A stretch of 64,000 bases of DNA from Gammaproteobacteria bacterium (lineage in GTDB: Bacteria; Pseudomonadota; Gammaproteobacteria; UBA4575), in NCBI GenBank assembly GCA_965243395.1, contig CBDEUS010000001.1, positions 480,001 to 544,000 of the forward strand. The letters are read 5' to 3'. The notes beneath the pieces are model-generated. The model had not been told where the DNA came from and ran no database searches. It worked only from the letters and a program-made list of their open reading frames with translations. Below are positions 53,917 through 64,000 of the stretch, piece after piece. A program made the position numbers and the translations under genes. Position 1 is the stretch's first letter, and each line of letters opens with the position of its first letter.

Positions 53917-54663
53917 ATGCAGAACGATCTCCATCATCTTGGTTCTGAGTTAAAACGTGTTTTCACAGTTTCATTACGATCTGTCGAGATTCAACATAAC
54001 GAAATTACAGTTGCGGTTAAAGCAAATGAATTAATCCAAATTCTTGAACAATTGAAATCTAATGAGATATTTAAATTTGATCAGTTGATCGACTTAGCAG
54101 GAATCGATTATTTAGAGTTTGGCACAGATGAATGGAATACTGATACTGCGACATCATCAGGATTTAGCCGCGGTGTTGAAAAAACTTCTTTTGGTCGATT
54201 TACGTTTGATGATGCTAAGCAAAATACAAAAATGGATGGACCACGTTATGCAGTGGTCTATCATTTATTATCAGTAGCAAATAATCTACGTTTACGCGTC
54301 AAAGTATTTTGTGAAGATGATCATCTTCCAATTTTACCTTCGGTAACACACATCTGGGCCTGTGCAGACTGGTATGAACGCGAAGCGTTTGATTTGTTTG
54401 GAATAGTGTTTGAAGGTCATCCAGATTTGCGTCGCATTCTTACTGACTACGGTTTTACCGGGCATCCTTTCCGTAAAGATTTCCCACTGATCGGTCATGT
54501 AGAAGTTCGTTATGACCCTGATCAAAAACGTGTGATATATCAACCTGTTTCAATTGAACCAAGAATTAATGTGCCGAAAGTGATCCGTGAGGATCATCGA
54601 TTCGAAGATGGTGTTAATGATCAATCAGATGGAGCATCAAAAAAGGAATCTGCTGATGTCTGA
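53917..54663 (+). CDS. nuoC: NADH-quinone oxidoreductase subunit C
   Basis: [32 protein letters not shown]. Confidence 0.96.
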   Translation: MQNDLHHLGSELKRVFTVSLRSVEIQHNEITVAVKANELIQILEQLKSNEIFKFDQLIDLAGIDYLEFGTDEWNTDTATSSGFSRGVEKTSFGRFTFDDAKQNTKMDGPRYAVVYHLLSVANNLRLRVKVFCEDDHLPILPSVTHIWACADWYEREAFDLFGIVFEGHPDLRRILTDYGFTGHPFRKDFPLIGHVEVRYDPDQKRVIYQPVSIEPRINVPKVIREDHRFEDGVNDQSDGASKKESADV

Positions 54664-55909
54664 GTTGCGAAACTACACGATGAACTTCGGACCGCAGCAT
54701 CCTGCAGCGCATGGTGTTTTGCGTCTGGTGTTGGAAATGGAGGGTGAAGTCATTCAACGCGCGGATCCACATATCGGTTTATTGCATCGTGCAACGGAAA
54801 AACTTGCAGAAAGTAAACCCTATAACCAAAGCATAGGGTATATGGATAGACTTGATTATGTTTCGATGATGTCTAATGAACATGCATATGTGCTTGCAAT
54901 TGAAAAACTTGCTGGCATTGAAGTGCCGGTTCGTGCGCAATATATACGTGTAATGTTTGATGAGATCACTCGCATACTTAACCATTTGCTCTGGATAGGA
55001 GCTCATGGTTTAGATATTGGAGCTATGACAATCTTTTTATATGCTTTCAGGGAACGTGAAGATTTAATGGATTGTTATGAAGCTGTCTCCGGTGCGCGTT
55101 TACACGCAACGTATTATCGACCTGGTGGCGTATATCGTGACTTACCAAACGAAATGCCAAAGTACGTTGAGTCACGTTGGCATAATAAAAAAGAAGTTAA
55201 AAAATTAAATTCGGCACGCACGGGTTCCTTATTAGATTTTCTTGAAGATTTCACTCAGCGATTTCCAGGGTGTGTTGATGAATATGAAACTTTATTAACT
55301 GATAACCGCATATGGAAGCAACGCACAGTCGATATTGGAATTGTTAGCCCAGAACGCGCATTGCAGCTTGGTTTTACAGGCCCAATGTTACGAGGTTCTG
55401 GTATCGAATGGGATTTGCGCCGCAAACAACCTTATGAAACCTATGATCAACTAGATTTTAAAATTCCAATCGGTGTGAATGGTGATTGTTACGATCGTTA
55501 CTTAGTACGTATTGAAGAAATGCGTCAATCAAATGAAATTATTAAGCAATGTATAACATGGCTGCGCACACACCCGGGACCAGTAATGGTTGAAAACCAT
55601 AAATTTTCACCCCCTTCGCGTGGTGAAATGAAAATGGGTATGGAAGAACTTATTCATCATTTTAAATTATTTACTGAAGGCTATTGTTTGCCTGAAGGTG
55701 AAGTTTATGCAGCAATTGAACATCCAAAAGGTGAATTTGGTATTTACTTAGTTTCTGATGGCGCGAATAAACCTTATCGTATGAAAATTCGTGCTCCGGG
55801 TTTTGCGCACCTTGCATCATTAGATGAAATGTCGCGTGGTCATATGCTGGCTGATGTAGTGGCAATCATAGGTACACAAGACATTGTATTTGGAGAAATT
55901 GATCGATGA
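54656..55909 (+). CDS. nuoD: NADH-quinone oxidoreductase subunit D
   Basis: [29 protein letters not shown]; ATG 54656 after AAGGA. Confidence 0.97.
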   Translation: MSELRNYTMNFGPQHPAAHGVLRLVLEMEGEVIQRADPHIGLLHRATEKLAESKPYNQSIGYMDRLDYVSMMSNEHAYVLAIEKLAGIEVPVRAQYIRVMFDEITRILNHLLWIGAHGLDIGAMTIFLYAFREREDLMDCYEAVSGARLHATYYRPGGVYRDLPNEMPKYVESRWHNKKEVKKLNSARTGSLLDFLEDFTQRFPGCVDEYETLLTDNRIWKQRTVDIGIVSPERALQLGFTGPMLRGSGIEWDLRRKQPYETYDQLDFKIPIGVNGDCYDRYLVRIEEMRQSNEIIKQCITWLRTHPGPVMVENHKFSPPSRGEMKMGMEELIHHFKLFTEGYCLPEGEVYAAIEHPKGEFGIYLVSDGANKPYRMKIRAPGFAHLASLDEMSRGHMLADVVAIIGTQDIVFGEIDR

Positions 55910-56406
55910 GTGAGTCATCTAAAACAGCACTATTATCTGATCATCTACGCGAAGAGATTGATGCTTGGATGTCGAGATATCCAATTGATCAGCAACAATC
56001 CGCAGTACTAGGCGCATTACGTGCACTGCAGCATGAAGAAGGATATTTGCCGGTAGATAAGATGGATGCAATTGCTGAGTATTTAGATATGCCTCCAATT
56101 GCTGTGTATGAAGTAGCTTCATTTTATTCCATGTTTGAGCTTAAACCGGTTGGTAAGCACACAATTGCAGTGTGTACAAATTTGTCTTGTATGTTACGAG
56201 GCGCAGATGAAATTTTGAATCATCTTGAAACTAAGCTTGAAATCAAACTAGGCGAAAGTACTGGAGACGGAAAGTTTTATTTGAAAAAAGAAGAAGAATG
56301 TTTAGCCGCATGTTGCGGTGCACCTATGATGCAAGTAGACCACGTATATAAAGAGAATCTTACTATTGAAAAAGTCGACCAAATATTAGAAGAGCTTGAA
56401 GATTAA
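55906..56406 (+). CDS. nuoE: NADH-quinone oxidoreductase subunit E
   Basis: CTNLSC...ECLAAC 2Fe-2S ligands. Confidence 0.96.
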   Translation: MSESSKTALLSDHLREEIDAWMSRYPIDQQQSAVLGALRALQHEEGYLPVDKMDAIAEYLDMPPIAVYEVASFYSMFELKPVGKHTIAVCTNLSCMLRGADEILNHLETKLEIKLGESTGDGKFYLKKEEECLAACCGAPMMQVDHVYKENLTIEKVDQILEELED

Positions 56407-56423
56407 TTTAATAGAATAAAAAA

Positions 56424-57722
56424 ATGCAATTAAACAACGTTTGCTATCAGACTTTAAAATTTGACGAACCCTGGACATTGGAAAATTACAGGAGTGTAGG
56501 GGGTTATTCTGCACTGGAAAAAATTCTGCAACAAAACATTTCTGCTGATGAAGTTTTAGAGCAGGTAAAAGCATCTGGTTTGCGTGGCAGAGGAGGGGCA
56601 GGATTTCCGACTGGCCTGAAGTGGAGTTTTATGCCACGAGATCCTGAAATTGAAAGCTATGTTGTGTGTAATTCTGATGAGTCTGAACCTGGTACTTGTA
56701 AAGACCGTGACATATTAAGATTTAATCCGCATTCAGTCATAGAAGGAATGACCATCGCAGCTTATGCAATGCGTTTAGGCGTTGGCTATAACTATTTGCG
56801 TGGTGAGTTTTTAGATGAACCTTATAAACGATTTGCTGAAGCGTTGAATGAAGCTTATGCAGCAGGTTATTTGGGTGACAATATTCTTGATAGCGATTTT
56901 ACTTTTTATCTATATGACACTTTAGGTGCCGGTGCATATATATGTGGTGAAGAAACTGCATTGTTAGAGTCTTTAGAGGGCAAAAAAGGTCAGCCACGTT
57001 TTAAACCTCCATTCCCTGCAAATGTGGGTTTATATGGGAAACCCACTACAGTCAATAACACGGAAACATTTGCTTCTGTACCAAGTATTATCCGTGAAGG
57101 TGCAGACTGGTTTGCTTCACTAGGTGTTGAAAAAAGTGGTGGTACAAAATGTTTTTCAGTTTCAGGTCATGTAAATAAACCTGGAAATTATGAAGTGCCA
57201 TTAGGCATGCCGTTCTCAGAGTTGCTTGATTTGGCCGGTGGTATTTTGGATGGCAAAAAATTAAAAGCCGTAATTCCGGGCGGATCATCTGTGCCGGTGG
57301 TTCCTGGTGACATCATGATGGCAACCAATATGGATTATGAATCCATTTCGCAAGCTGGCTCGCTATTAGGTTCGGGAGCAGTGGTTGTGATGGATGAAAC
57401 TACCGATATGGTAAAAGTTTTACAGCGAATTTCACGTTTTTATTTTTCAGAATCCTGTGGACAGTGCACACCCTGTAGAGAAGGAACCGGGTGGCTATAT
57501 CGTATGCTTAGCAGAATAGTTGAAGGTGATGGTTTACCTGAAGATATAGATAAATTAGATGATGTAGCTAAAAAAATTGAAGGTAGAACAATTTGTGCTT
57601 TAGGCGATGCGGCAGCGATGCCTGTATATAGTTTTATAAAACACTATCGTGACGAATTTGCCTATTACATTGAACATGGTCATAGCATGCTTGATGCAGA
57701 AAAACAAAAAGATGCGGCTTAA
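56424..57722 (+). CDS. nuoF: NADH-quinone oxidoreductase subunit F
   Basis: [27 protein letters not shown]. Confidence 0.97.
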   Translation: MQLNNVCYQTLKFDEPWTLENYRSVGGYSALEKILQQNISADEVLEQVKASGLRGRGGAGFPTGLKWSFMPRDPEIESYVVCNSDESEPGTCKDRDILRFNPHSVIEGMTIAAYAMRLGVGYNYLRGEFLDEPYKRFAEALNEAYAAGYLGDNILDSDFTFYLYDTLGAGAYICGEETALLESLEGKKGQPRFKPPFPANVGLYGKPTTVNNTETFASVPSIIREGADWFASLGVEKSGGTKCFSVSGHVNKPGNYEVPLGMPFSELLDLAGGILDGKKLKAVIPGGSSVPVVPGDIMMATNMDYESISQAGSLLGSGAVVVMDETTDMVKVLQRISRFYFSESCGQCTPCREGTGWLYRMLSRIVEGDGLPEDIDKLDDVAKKIEGRTICALGDAAAMPVYSFIKHYRDEFAYYIEHGHSMLDAEKQKDAA

Positions 57723-57737
57723 TTATTTTTAAATAAC

Positions 57738-60125
57738 ATGTCTGAAGATACGATTACATTATTTGTTAATGATCAAGAAGTCACTGCACGTAAAGGTGCT
57801 ATGGTGATTGAAGTTACTGATCAACATGACATTGATGTCCCTCGTTTTTGCTATCACAAAAAATTATCCGTTGCTGCAAACTGTCGTATGTGCATGGTTG
57901 AAGTTGAGAATGTGCCAAAACCTTTACCTGCTTGTGCAACGCCTGTTGCTGAAGGAATGAAGGTGTATACCAAATCGACACTCGCATTGGATGCTCAAAA
58001 AAGCACAATGGAATTTTTGCTAATTAATCATCCATTAGATTGTCCTGTTTGTGATCAAGGCGGAGAGTGTGAGCTACAAGATGTTGCCATGGGTTATGGC
58101 AATGATGTTTCTCGATTTACAGAGAGGAAACGTGTAGTTGCAGATAAAGAATTAGGGCCATTAGTGTCTACAGATATGACCCGATGTATTCACTGTACGC
58201 GCTGTGTCCGGTTTGGCACTGAAATCGCAGGTATAAGCGAACTGGGTGCGACCGGTCGTGGTGAATTTATGGAAATTGGGACCTTTGTTGAAAAATCACT
58301 TAGTTCAGAATTATCAGGAAATGTTATCGATGTATGTCCAGTCGGTGCTTTGAATGCAAAACCTTCGCGTATGACGGCACGAGCCTGGGAGATGCTTCAG
58401 TCTCCAAGTGTAATTCCACATGATGGAATGGGTTCGAATGTTTATTTGCACACTTTACGAAATCAGGTGATGCGTGTAGTGCCAAGGGAAAACGAAGAAA
58501 TCAATGAAACTTGGATTTCGGATCGTGACCGATTTAGCTATGAAGGATTGAATAGCTCAGATCGTGCCACACAGCCCTTGCAAAAAACGGATCAAGGATG
58601 GCAAACATGTGATTGGGATTCTTGTTTAACGAATATAGCCAGTTCGCTTAAAGAGTTTCAGGCTGATGACATTGGAGTGCTAGCTGCCCCACATTCAACT
58701 TTAGAAGAACTTTTCTTGTTACAAAAAATGTTTCGAAAAATAGGTGTGAATAATATCGATCATCGCACGCAACAACTTGATTTTGCAGACCAGGAAGCCA
58801 TGCCGTTGTTTCCTTATCTCGGGCAGTCCATACAATCGATTGAAAATAACGACAGTATTTTTTTAGTAGGCAGCAATATTCGATTAGAAAATCCGATGTT
58901 AGCGCATCGAATTCGCAAAGCGAATGGAAAAGTTAATGGTAGAAGATGTGAAGTTTTCACGCTTAACCCTCAGATGTTCGAATTCCATTTTAAGTTGGAA
59001 CAAACTTGGTGTGCGGCACCACAAATTTGGATAAATATTTTAGCGGAAATAGCTAAATGTGCACAAACAACTGATGGTTTACCTAATGAAATTAAATCAA
59101 TTGTTGATAGTGTATCTGTCTCCGTTGACGCACAGCAAATTTATAATTCATTAAAGTTTGGCAAACAAACAAGTGTAATAGTTGGTGCTATTGCAGAAAG
59201 TCATCCACAAGCTTCTGCATTACGTTGTCTGAGTAATTTTATAGCTAAGGTTACTGATTCAACTTTTTCTATTCTGGCACGCTCCGGAAATACTGCGGGG
59301 GCATGGCTGGCAGGGGTCTTACCGCATCGTACACACGCAGGAAAAAGTTCATTGAGCAATGGCTTGAATGCTTATGAAATGATTATTAATTCTAGAAAGG
59401 CATACTTTTTATTTAATTTAGAACCAGAATTTGATTTTACCAATGCAACGGCTGCAATTCAGGCAATGCAAAAAGCAGATTATGTAGTTGTGTGTTCGCC
59501 TTATATAAATGAAGAGCTTAAACAGTATGCAAATCTGATTTTACCTATCGCAACATTTGCAGAAACGGATGGCACCTTTGTAAACAATGAAGGTCGATGG
59601 CAAAGTGTGGCAAAAGCTGTTTCTGCGCCAGGTCAGGCGCGACCAGGTTGGAAAGTTTTACGAGTTTTAGCAAATAAGCTGGGGTGTGATGAAGTACAGT
59701 ACCAGTCAAGTGATGAAATTCGTGATGAACTAAAACAAAATTTTGATAGTGCAGAAGCATTTGATAGCAATTTAAAAGATTTTAATCATATAACTGTGTT
59801 GTCTAGTGAAGAGGCAATATATCGCGTATCTGATTCACCAGTTTATGCACTCGATAATGTTTTGCGACGTGCAATTTCTTTGCAGCAAGCAGTGGAAGAT
59901 TCTCAAAACTATATTGCAATGTCTGAACAGCAAGCCATTGACTTGAATGTTCAAAACGAAAAAGTTGTAAGAGTGGTTCAAGGGAACCATGAAGCAACAT
60001 TACCTTTACGTATTGCTAACGAAATTTCATATAACTGTGTATGGATACAAAAGAGTGGAACGATGAGTGATTCACTAGGTGAAGCAATTGCACCTGTAGA
60101 AATCCAAAGGACCGCAAATGCTTGA
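57738..60125 (+). CDS. nuoG: NADH-quinone oxidoreductase subunit G
   Basis: [29 protein letters not shown]. Confidence 0.97.
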   Translation: MSEDTITLFVNDQEVTARKGAMVIEVTDQHDIDVPRFCYHKKLSVAANCRMCMVEVENVPKPLPACATPVAEGMKVYTKSTLALDAQKSTMEFLLINHPLDCPVCDQGGECELQDVAMGYGNDVSRFTERKRVVADKELGPLVSTDMTRCIHCTRCVRFGTEIAGISELGATGRGEFMEIGTFVEKSLSSELSGNVIDVCPVGALNAKPSRMTARAWEMLQSPSVIPHDGMGSNVYLHTLRNQVMRVVPRENEEINETWISDRDRFSYEGLNSSDRATQPLQKTDQGWQTCDWDSCLTNIASSLKEFQADDIGVLAAPHSTLEELFLLQKMFRKIGVNNIDHRTQQLDFADQEAMPLFPYLGQSIQSIENNDSIFLVGSNIRLENPMLAHRIRKANGKVNGRRCEVFTLNPQMFEFHFKLEQTWCAAPQIWINILAEIAKCAQTTDGLPNEIKSIVDSVSVSVDAQQIYNSLKFGKQTSVIVGAIAESHPQASALRCLSNFIAKVTDSTFSILARSGNTAGAWLAGVLPHRTHAGKSSLSNGLNAYEMIINSRKAYFLFNLEPEFDFTNATAAIQAMQKADYVVVCSPYINEELKQYANLILPIATFAETDGTFVNNEGRWQSVAKAVSAPGQARPGWKVLRVLANKLGCDEVQYQSSDEIRDELKQNFDSAEAFDSNLKDFNHITVLSSEEAIYRVSDSPVYALDNVLRRAISLQQAVEDSQNYIAMSEQQAIDLNVQNEKVVRVVQGNHEATLPLRIANEISYNCVWIQKSGTMSDSLGEAIAPVEIQRTANA

Positions 60126-61170
60126 ATGGGTCCAAAGCTTTTTAGCAGCCGTACCTCCATTACTACTGTTAACGGCTTATATGTTTATTTTTGTATTGGT
60201 GTTATTTGGCTGTGTTGCCTATGTAACCTTGGCTGAACGTAGGGTGATCGGTTTTATGCAGGTACGCGTGGGTCCAAACAGAGTAGGACCAAGAGGTTTC
60301 GGTCAACCCATTGCTGATGCATTAAAATTAATGTTTAAAGAAATGATTTTGCCGAATGATGCAGATCGTTTCCTGTTTCGATTGGCGCCATTGTTATCCA
60401 TGATTCCTGCTTTAGCGGCATGGGCTGTGATTCCATTTGCTGAGGGGTGGAATTTTGCCGATATCAATGCAGGATTATTGTATGTCCTAGCGATGACCTC
60501 ATTAGGTGTGTATGGAGTGATCGTTGCAGGTTGGGCTTCAAATTCAAAATACGCATTATTAGGTGCACTACGCTCTGCTGCTCAAATTGTTGCTTATGAA
60601 ATAGCAATGGGGTTTGCATTGGTGGGTGTGCTGATGGCGAGTGGTAGTTTAAATTTAGGCGATATTATTGAAGCACAAAAAGGAAGTGTCTTGCATTGGT
60701 ATTGGCTTCCATTATTCCCATTGTTTTTGGCTTATCTCATATCTGGTGTAGCAGAAACCAATCGTTCACCTTTTGATGTTGTGGAAGGGGAATCCGAAAT
60801 TGTGGCTGGGTTTCATGTTGAATATTCAGGAATGGGGTTTGCACTTTTCTTCTTAGCTGAATATGCAAATATTATTTTAATTTCTGCATTAACAGCTCTG
60901 TTATTTCTTGGAGGGTGGTTGAGTCCGTTTCCAGAGAGCTGGGCGAGTCTTCCCTATATTGGGTTTGTGCTTGGGCATGGTCCGCATATGTTTATTGCCA
61001 AGACTTGTTTCTTTATTTTTTGTTTTCTTTGGTTTCGTGCGACATTTCCGCGTTACCGTTACGATCAAATAATGCGTTTAGGATGGAAAATTTTATTGCC
61101 GGTTACATTGATTTGGATTTTTGTAGAAGGTGTTCTTCTTTATTTTGAAGTACCCCCTTGGTTTGATTAA
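60118..61170 (+). CDS. nuoH: NADH-quinone oxidoreductase subunit H
   Basis: ERR...[28 protein letters not shown]. Confidence 0.97.
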   Translation: MLEWVQSFLAAVPPLLLLTAYMFIFVLVLFGCVAYVTLAERRVIGFMQVRVGPNRVGPRGFGQPIADALKLMFKEMILPNDADRFLFRLAPLLSMIPALAAWAVIPFAEGWNFADINAGLLYVLAMTSLGVYGVIVAGWASNSKYALLGALRSAAQIVAYEIAMGFALVGVLMASGSLNLGDIIEAQKGSVLHWYWLPLFPLFLAYLISGVAETNRSPFDVVEGESEIVAGFHVEYSGMGFALFFLAEYANIILISALTALLFLGGWLSPFPESWASLPYIGFVLGHGPHMFIAKTCFFIFCFLWFRATFPRYRYDQIMRLGWKILLPVTLIWIFVEGVLLYFEVPPWFD

Positions 61171-61173
61171 TAA

Positions 61174-61662
61174 ATGAAAAGTCTTATTAACATAATTAAA
61201 AGTTTCACCCTTTTTGAGTTGCTCAAAGGTATGAGCTTAACGGGCAGACGTTTCGTATCTAAAAAATTTACCGTCCAATATCCTGAAGAAAAAACACCAC
61301 AGTCACCACGTTTTCGTGGATTGCATGCTTTACGCAGATATCCTAGCGGTGAAGAGCGTTGTATAGGTTGCAAACTTTGCGAAGCTGTATGTCCGGCATT
61401 GGCTATAACGATTGATTCTGAAGAGCGTGAAGATGGTAGCCGCCGTACGACACGATATGACATTGATTTATTTAAATGTGTCTATTGTGGATTTTGTGAA
61501 GAAGCATGCCCGGTTGATGCAATTGTGGAAACGAGAATTTTTGAGTATTCATTTTTTGAGCGAGGTACTCAAGTGATGACGAAAGACATGTTGCTTGAAG
61601 TAGGAAGGAAGCATGAAGAGCAAATTGCGAATGATCGCCAGGTAGATGCTCAGTATAGGTAG
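61174..61662 (+). CDS. nuoI: NADH-quinone oxidoreductase subunit I
   Basis: Two CxxCxxCxxxCP motifs. Confidence 0.97.
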   Translation: MKSLINIIKSFTLFELLKGMSLTGRRFVSKKFTVQYPEEKTPQSPRFRGLHALRRYPSGEERCIGCKLCEAVCPALAITIDSEEREDGSRRTTRYDIDLFKCVYCGFCEEACPVDAIVETRIFEYSFFERGTQVMTKDMLLEVGRKHEEQIANDRQVDAQYR

Positions 61663-61671
61663 TACTAATAA

Positions 61672-62256
61672 ATGTTAATTCAATCTGCAGTTTTTTATTT
61701 TTTTGCAATTATTCTAGTTTCATCTGCTGTTGCAATGATCACTGTTCGTAATCCTGTGCATGCAGCGTTATTTTTAGTGCTGGCTTTTTTTACCAGTGGC
61801 GCAATTTGGATTATGTTGGAAGCCGAGTTTTTAGGTATTACCTTGGTCCTTGTCTATGTTGGTGCCGTGATGGTGTTGTTTTTGTTTGTTGTGATGATGT
61901 TGGATATCAACATTGCAAAAATGCGCGCCGGTTTTGCAAAATATTTACCTGTTGGACTTATTGTAGGTGCCATTATGGCGGCAGAAATGGTGATAATTTT
62001 AGGCAAATCTAATTTCGAGCATGCGCAAGTTAGTCCAAAGCCTCCAGACTATAGTAATACCCAAGAATTAGGCGAATTACTTTTTACTGAATATGTATAT
62101 CCGTTTGAAATAGCAGGTGTAATTTTATTGGTTGCGATCATAGCAGCCATTACATTAACGATGCGTAAACGCACGGTGTCTAAACATCAAAAACCGCATC
62201 AGCAAATTCATGCAGATAAGACAAAGCGTGTAAGGCTAGTAGACATAGAAAAATAG
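61672..62256 (+). CDS. nuoJ: NADH-quinone oxidoreductase subunit J
   Basis: NPVHAALFL, VYVGAVMVLFLFVVMML. Confidence 0.96.
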   Translation: MLIQSAVFYFFAIILVSSAVAMITVRNPVHAALFLVLAFFTSGAIWIMLEAEFLGITLVLVYVGAVMVLFLFVVMMLDINIAKMRAGFAKYLPVGLIVGAIMAAEMVIILGKSNFEHAQVSPKPPDYSNTQELGELLFTEYVYPFEIAGVILLVAIIAAITLTMRKRTVSKHQKPHQQIHADKTKRVRLVDIEK

Positions 62257-62304
62257 CAATTAATAAATAAAAACAATAAATATTAAGCTAAAAAATTTAA
62301 TTCG

Positions 62305-62610
62305 ATGATTACGCTGACACATTTTCTTGCACTAGGTGCAATTTTGTTCTCGCTTAGTATTGCGGGAATATTTCTCAATCGAAAAAATGTCATTTTATTG
62401 CTAATGGCTATTGAATTGATGCTATTAGCAGTAAATATGAATTTCATAGCCTTCTCTCATTATTTAGACGATCTTGCAGGTCAAGTATTCGTATTTTTTA
62501 TTCTCACTGTGGCTGCGGCCGAGGCTGCAATTGGTTTAGCTATATTAGTTGTTCTTTATCGCAATCGATCTACGATTAATGTTCAGGATCTTGAAGAGTT
62601 AAAAGGTTAA
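62305..62610 (+). CDS. nuoK: NADH-quinone oxidoreductase subunit K
   Basis: [19 protein letters not shown]. Confidence 0.97.
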   Translation: MITLTHFLALGAILFSLSIAGIFLNRKNVILLLMAIELMLLAVNMNFIAFSHYLDDLAGQVFVFFILTVAAAEAAIGLAILVVLYRNRSTINVQDLEELKG

Positions 62611-62623
62611 ACAGAGAAGTTAA

Positions 62624-64000
62624 ATGAAAACGCTTTGTTTAATAATTGTATTAGCACCTTTGCTAGCCGCAATCATTGCAGGATTGTTTGGGCGTGTAAT
62701 AGGGCGGAGTGGTGCGCATTGGGTAACTATTATTGGTGTCGCGATCTCATTTTTTTTAAGTTTAATAGTCTTTAAACAGATTATATTTGATCAAGTTGAA
62801 CCTGCCTCGTTTGATGTATATGAATGGCTGTCTTTAGGGGCATTAACTTTTAAGGTTGGATTTTTGATTGACGCCTTAACGGTTACCATGATGGTGGTCG
62901 TGACCTTCGTGTCTTTGATGGTGCATATCTACACCATTGGCTATATGCATGATGATCCTGGCTATCAGCGTTTCTTTTCCTACATCTCATTGTTTACCTT
63001 TTCCATGCTTATGCTGGTTATGGCAAACAACTTCATGCAACTGTTTTTTGGTTGGGAGGCAGTCGGCTTGGTTTCATATTTATTAATCGGGTTCTGGTAC
63101 ACGAGAGAGAGTGCAATATTTGCCAATCTGAAAGCGTTTCTAGTCAACCGAGTCGGCGATTTTGGTTTTATTTTAGGTATTGCAGCCGTTTTAGCTGTGT
63201 TCAATAGCTTGGATTATGAATCTGTATTTTCCCAAGCGCCATTAATTAACACACAAACATTTTCAATCACTGAAAATATTCAGTGGCCTGTAATGACAGT
63301 CATATGCCTGTTGTTGTTTGTGGGTGCGATGGGTAAATCTGCTCAAGTACCCTTACATGTTTGGTTACCCGATTCTATGGAAGGTCCAACACCTATTTCT
63401 GCATTAATTCACGCAGCCACAATGGTAACCGCGGGTATTTTTATGGTGGCACGAATGTCACCTTTATTTGAATTAAGCGAAACAGCTTTATCGGTTGTTT
63501 TAGTAATTGGTGCCGTCACTGCATTTTTCATGGGGCTAATCGGCATAGTGCAGAATGATATTAAACGCGTGATTGCATATTCCACGCTTTCGCAATTGGG
63601 TTATATGACGGTTGCATTAGGCGCCTCGGCCTACTCAATCGCAATCTTTCATTTGTTCACTCATGCATTCTTCAAAGCTCTTCTATTCTTAGGAGCGGGG
63701 TCTGTCATAGCCGCACTGCATCATGAGCAAGATATGCAAAAGATGGGAGGCTTAAAAAAGTATATGCCTATCACTTATTGGACGATGGTCATTGGAACAC
63801 TCGCACTGATAGGTACACCTTTCTTTGCTGGATTTTATTCCAAAGATGCCATTATCGAAGCTGTAAAGTACTCCAATATTTATGGGCATCAATTTGCATA
63901 TTGGATGGTATTGGCAGGGGTTTTCGTAACCGCATTTTATTCATTCCGTTTGTTGTTTTTAACATTTCATGGCGAAAGTCGAATGGACAAACATACCGAA
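62624..64000 (+). CDS. nuoL: NADH-quinone oxidoreductase subunit L (3'-truncated by window edge)
   Basis: Read from ATG 62624: FFGWEAVG, NRVGD, GKSAQVPLHVWLPDSMEGPTPISALIHAATMV, HAFFKA. Confidence 0.96.
   Translation, partial: MKTLCLIIVLAPLLAAIIAGLFGRVIGRSGAHWVTIIGVAISFFLSLIVFKQIIFDQVEPASFDVYEWLSLGALTFKVGFLIDALTVTMMVVVTFVSLMVHIYTIGYMHDDPGYQRFFSYISLFTFSMLMLVMANNFMQLFFGWEAVGLVSYLLIGFWYTRESAIFANLKAFLVNRVGDFGFILGIAAVLAVFNSLDYESVFSQAPLINTQTFSITENIQWPVMTVICLLLFVGAMGKSAQVPLHVWLPDSMEGPTPISALIHAATMVTAGIFMVARMSPLFELSETALSVVLVIGAVTAFFMGLIGIVQNDIKRVIAYSTLSQLGYMTVALGASAYSIAIFHLFTHAFFKALLFLGAGSVIAALHHEQDMQKMGGLKKYMPITYWTMVIGTLALIGTPFFAGFYSKDAIIEAVKYSNIYGHQFAYWMVLAGVFVTAFYSFRLLFLTFHGESRMDKHTE

Overview
A low-GC gammaproteobacterial chromosome segment made up mostly of conserved housekeeping blocks. 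In order these are clpX(partial)-lon-hupB-tRNA-Val-tRNA-Asp-ppiD; fabI with a divergent peptide-type ABC transporter; mltD/yafS/rnhA/dnaQ; smpB-NSS transporter-ratA-ratB-bamE-recN-nadK; hrcA-grpE-dnaK-dnaJ-dapB; carAB-greA-rlmE-ftsH-glmM-tpiA-secG-tRNA-Leu; and nuoA-nuoL(partial). There is no integrase, transposase, prophage or CRISPR array. Accessory material sits in three places. The first is ~7.6-12.2 kb (hydrolases, cupins, a Met/His-rich secreted protein, two FNR boxes). The second is ~19.4-22.6 kb (Ser/Thr kinase-PP2C-FHA operon). The third is ~38.8-41.7 kb, between dapB and carA. The best candidate for something undescribed is in that third islet: an ORF-less ~120-nt minus-strand RNA with a complete sigma54 architecture (-24/-12 box, IHF-like site, two tandem enhancer-like sites), three hairpins, a CCUCCUCC anti-Shine-Dalgarno loop and an intrinsic terminator, followed by two tiny membrane-peptide ORFs. 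The same islet encodes a half-size TauE exporter translationally coupled to a DsrC/TusE-fold protein that lacks the C-terminal sulfur-carrying Cys. All calls were made by eye from motifs and synteny; no database searches or folding programs were run, so novelty is unverified.
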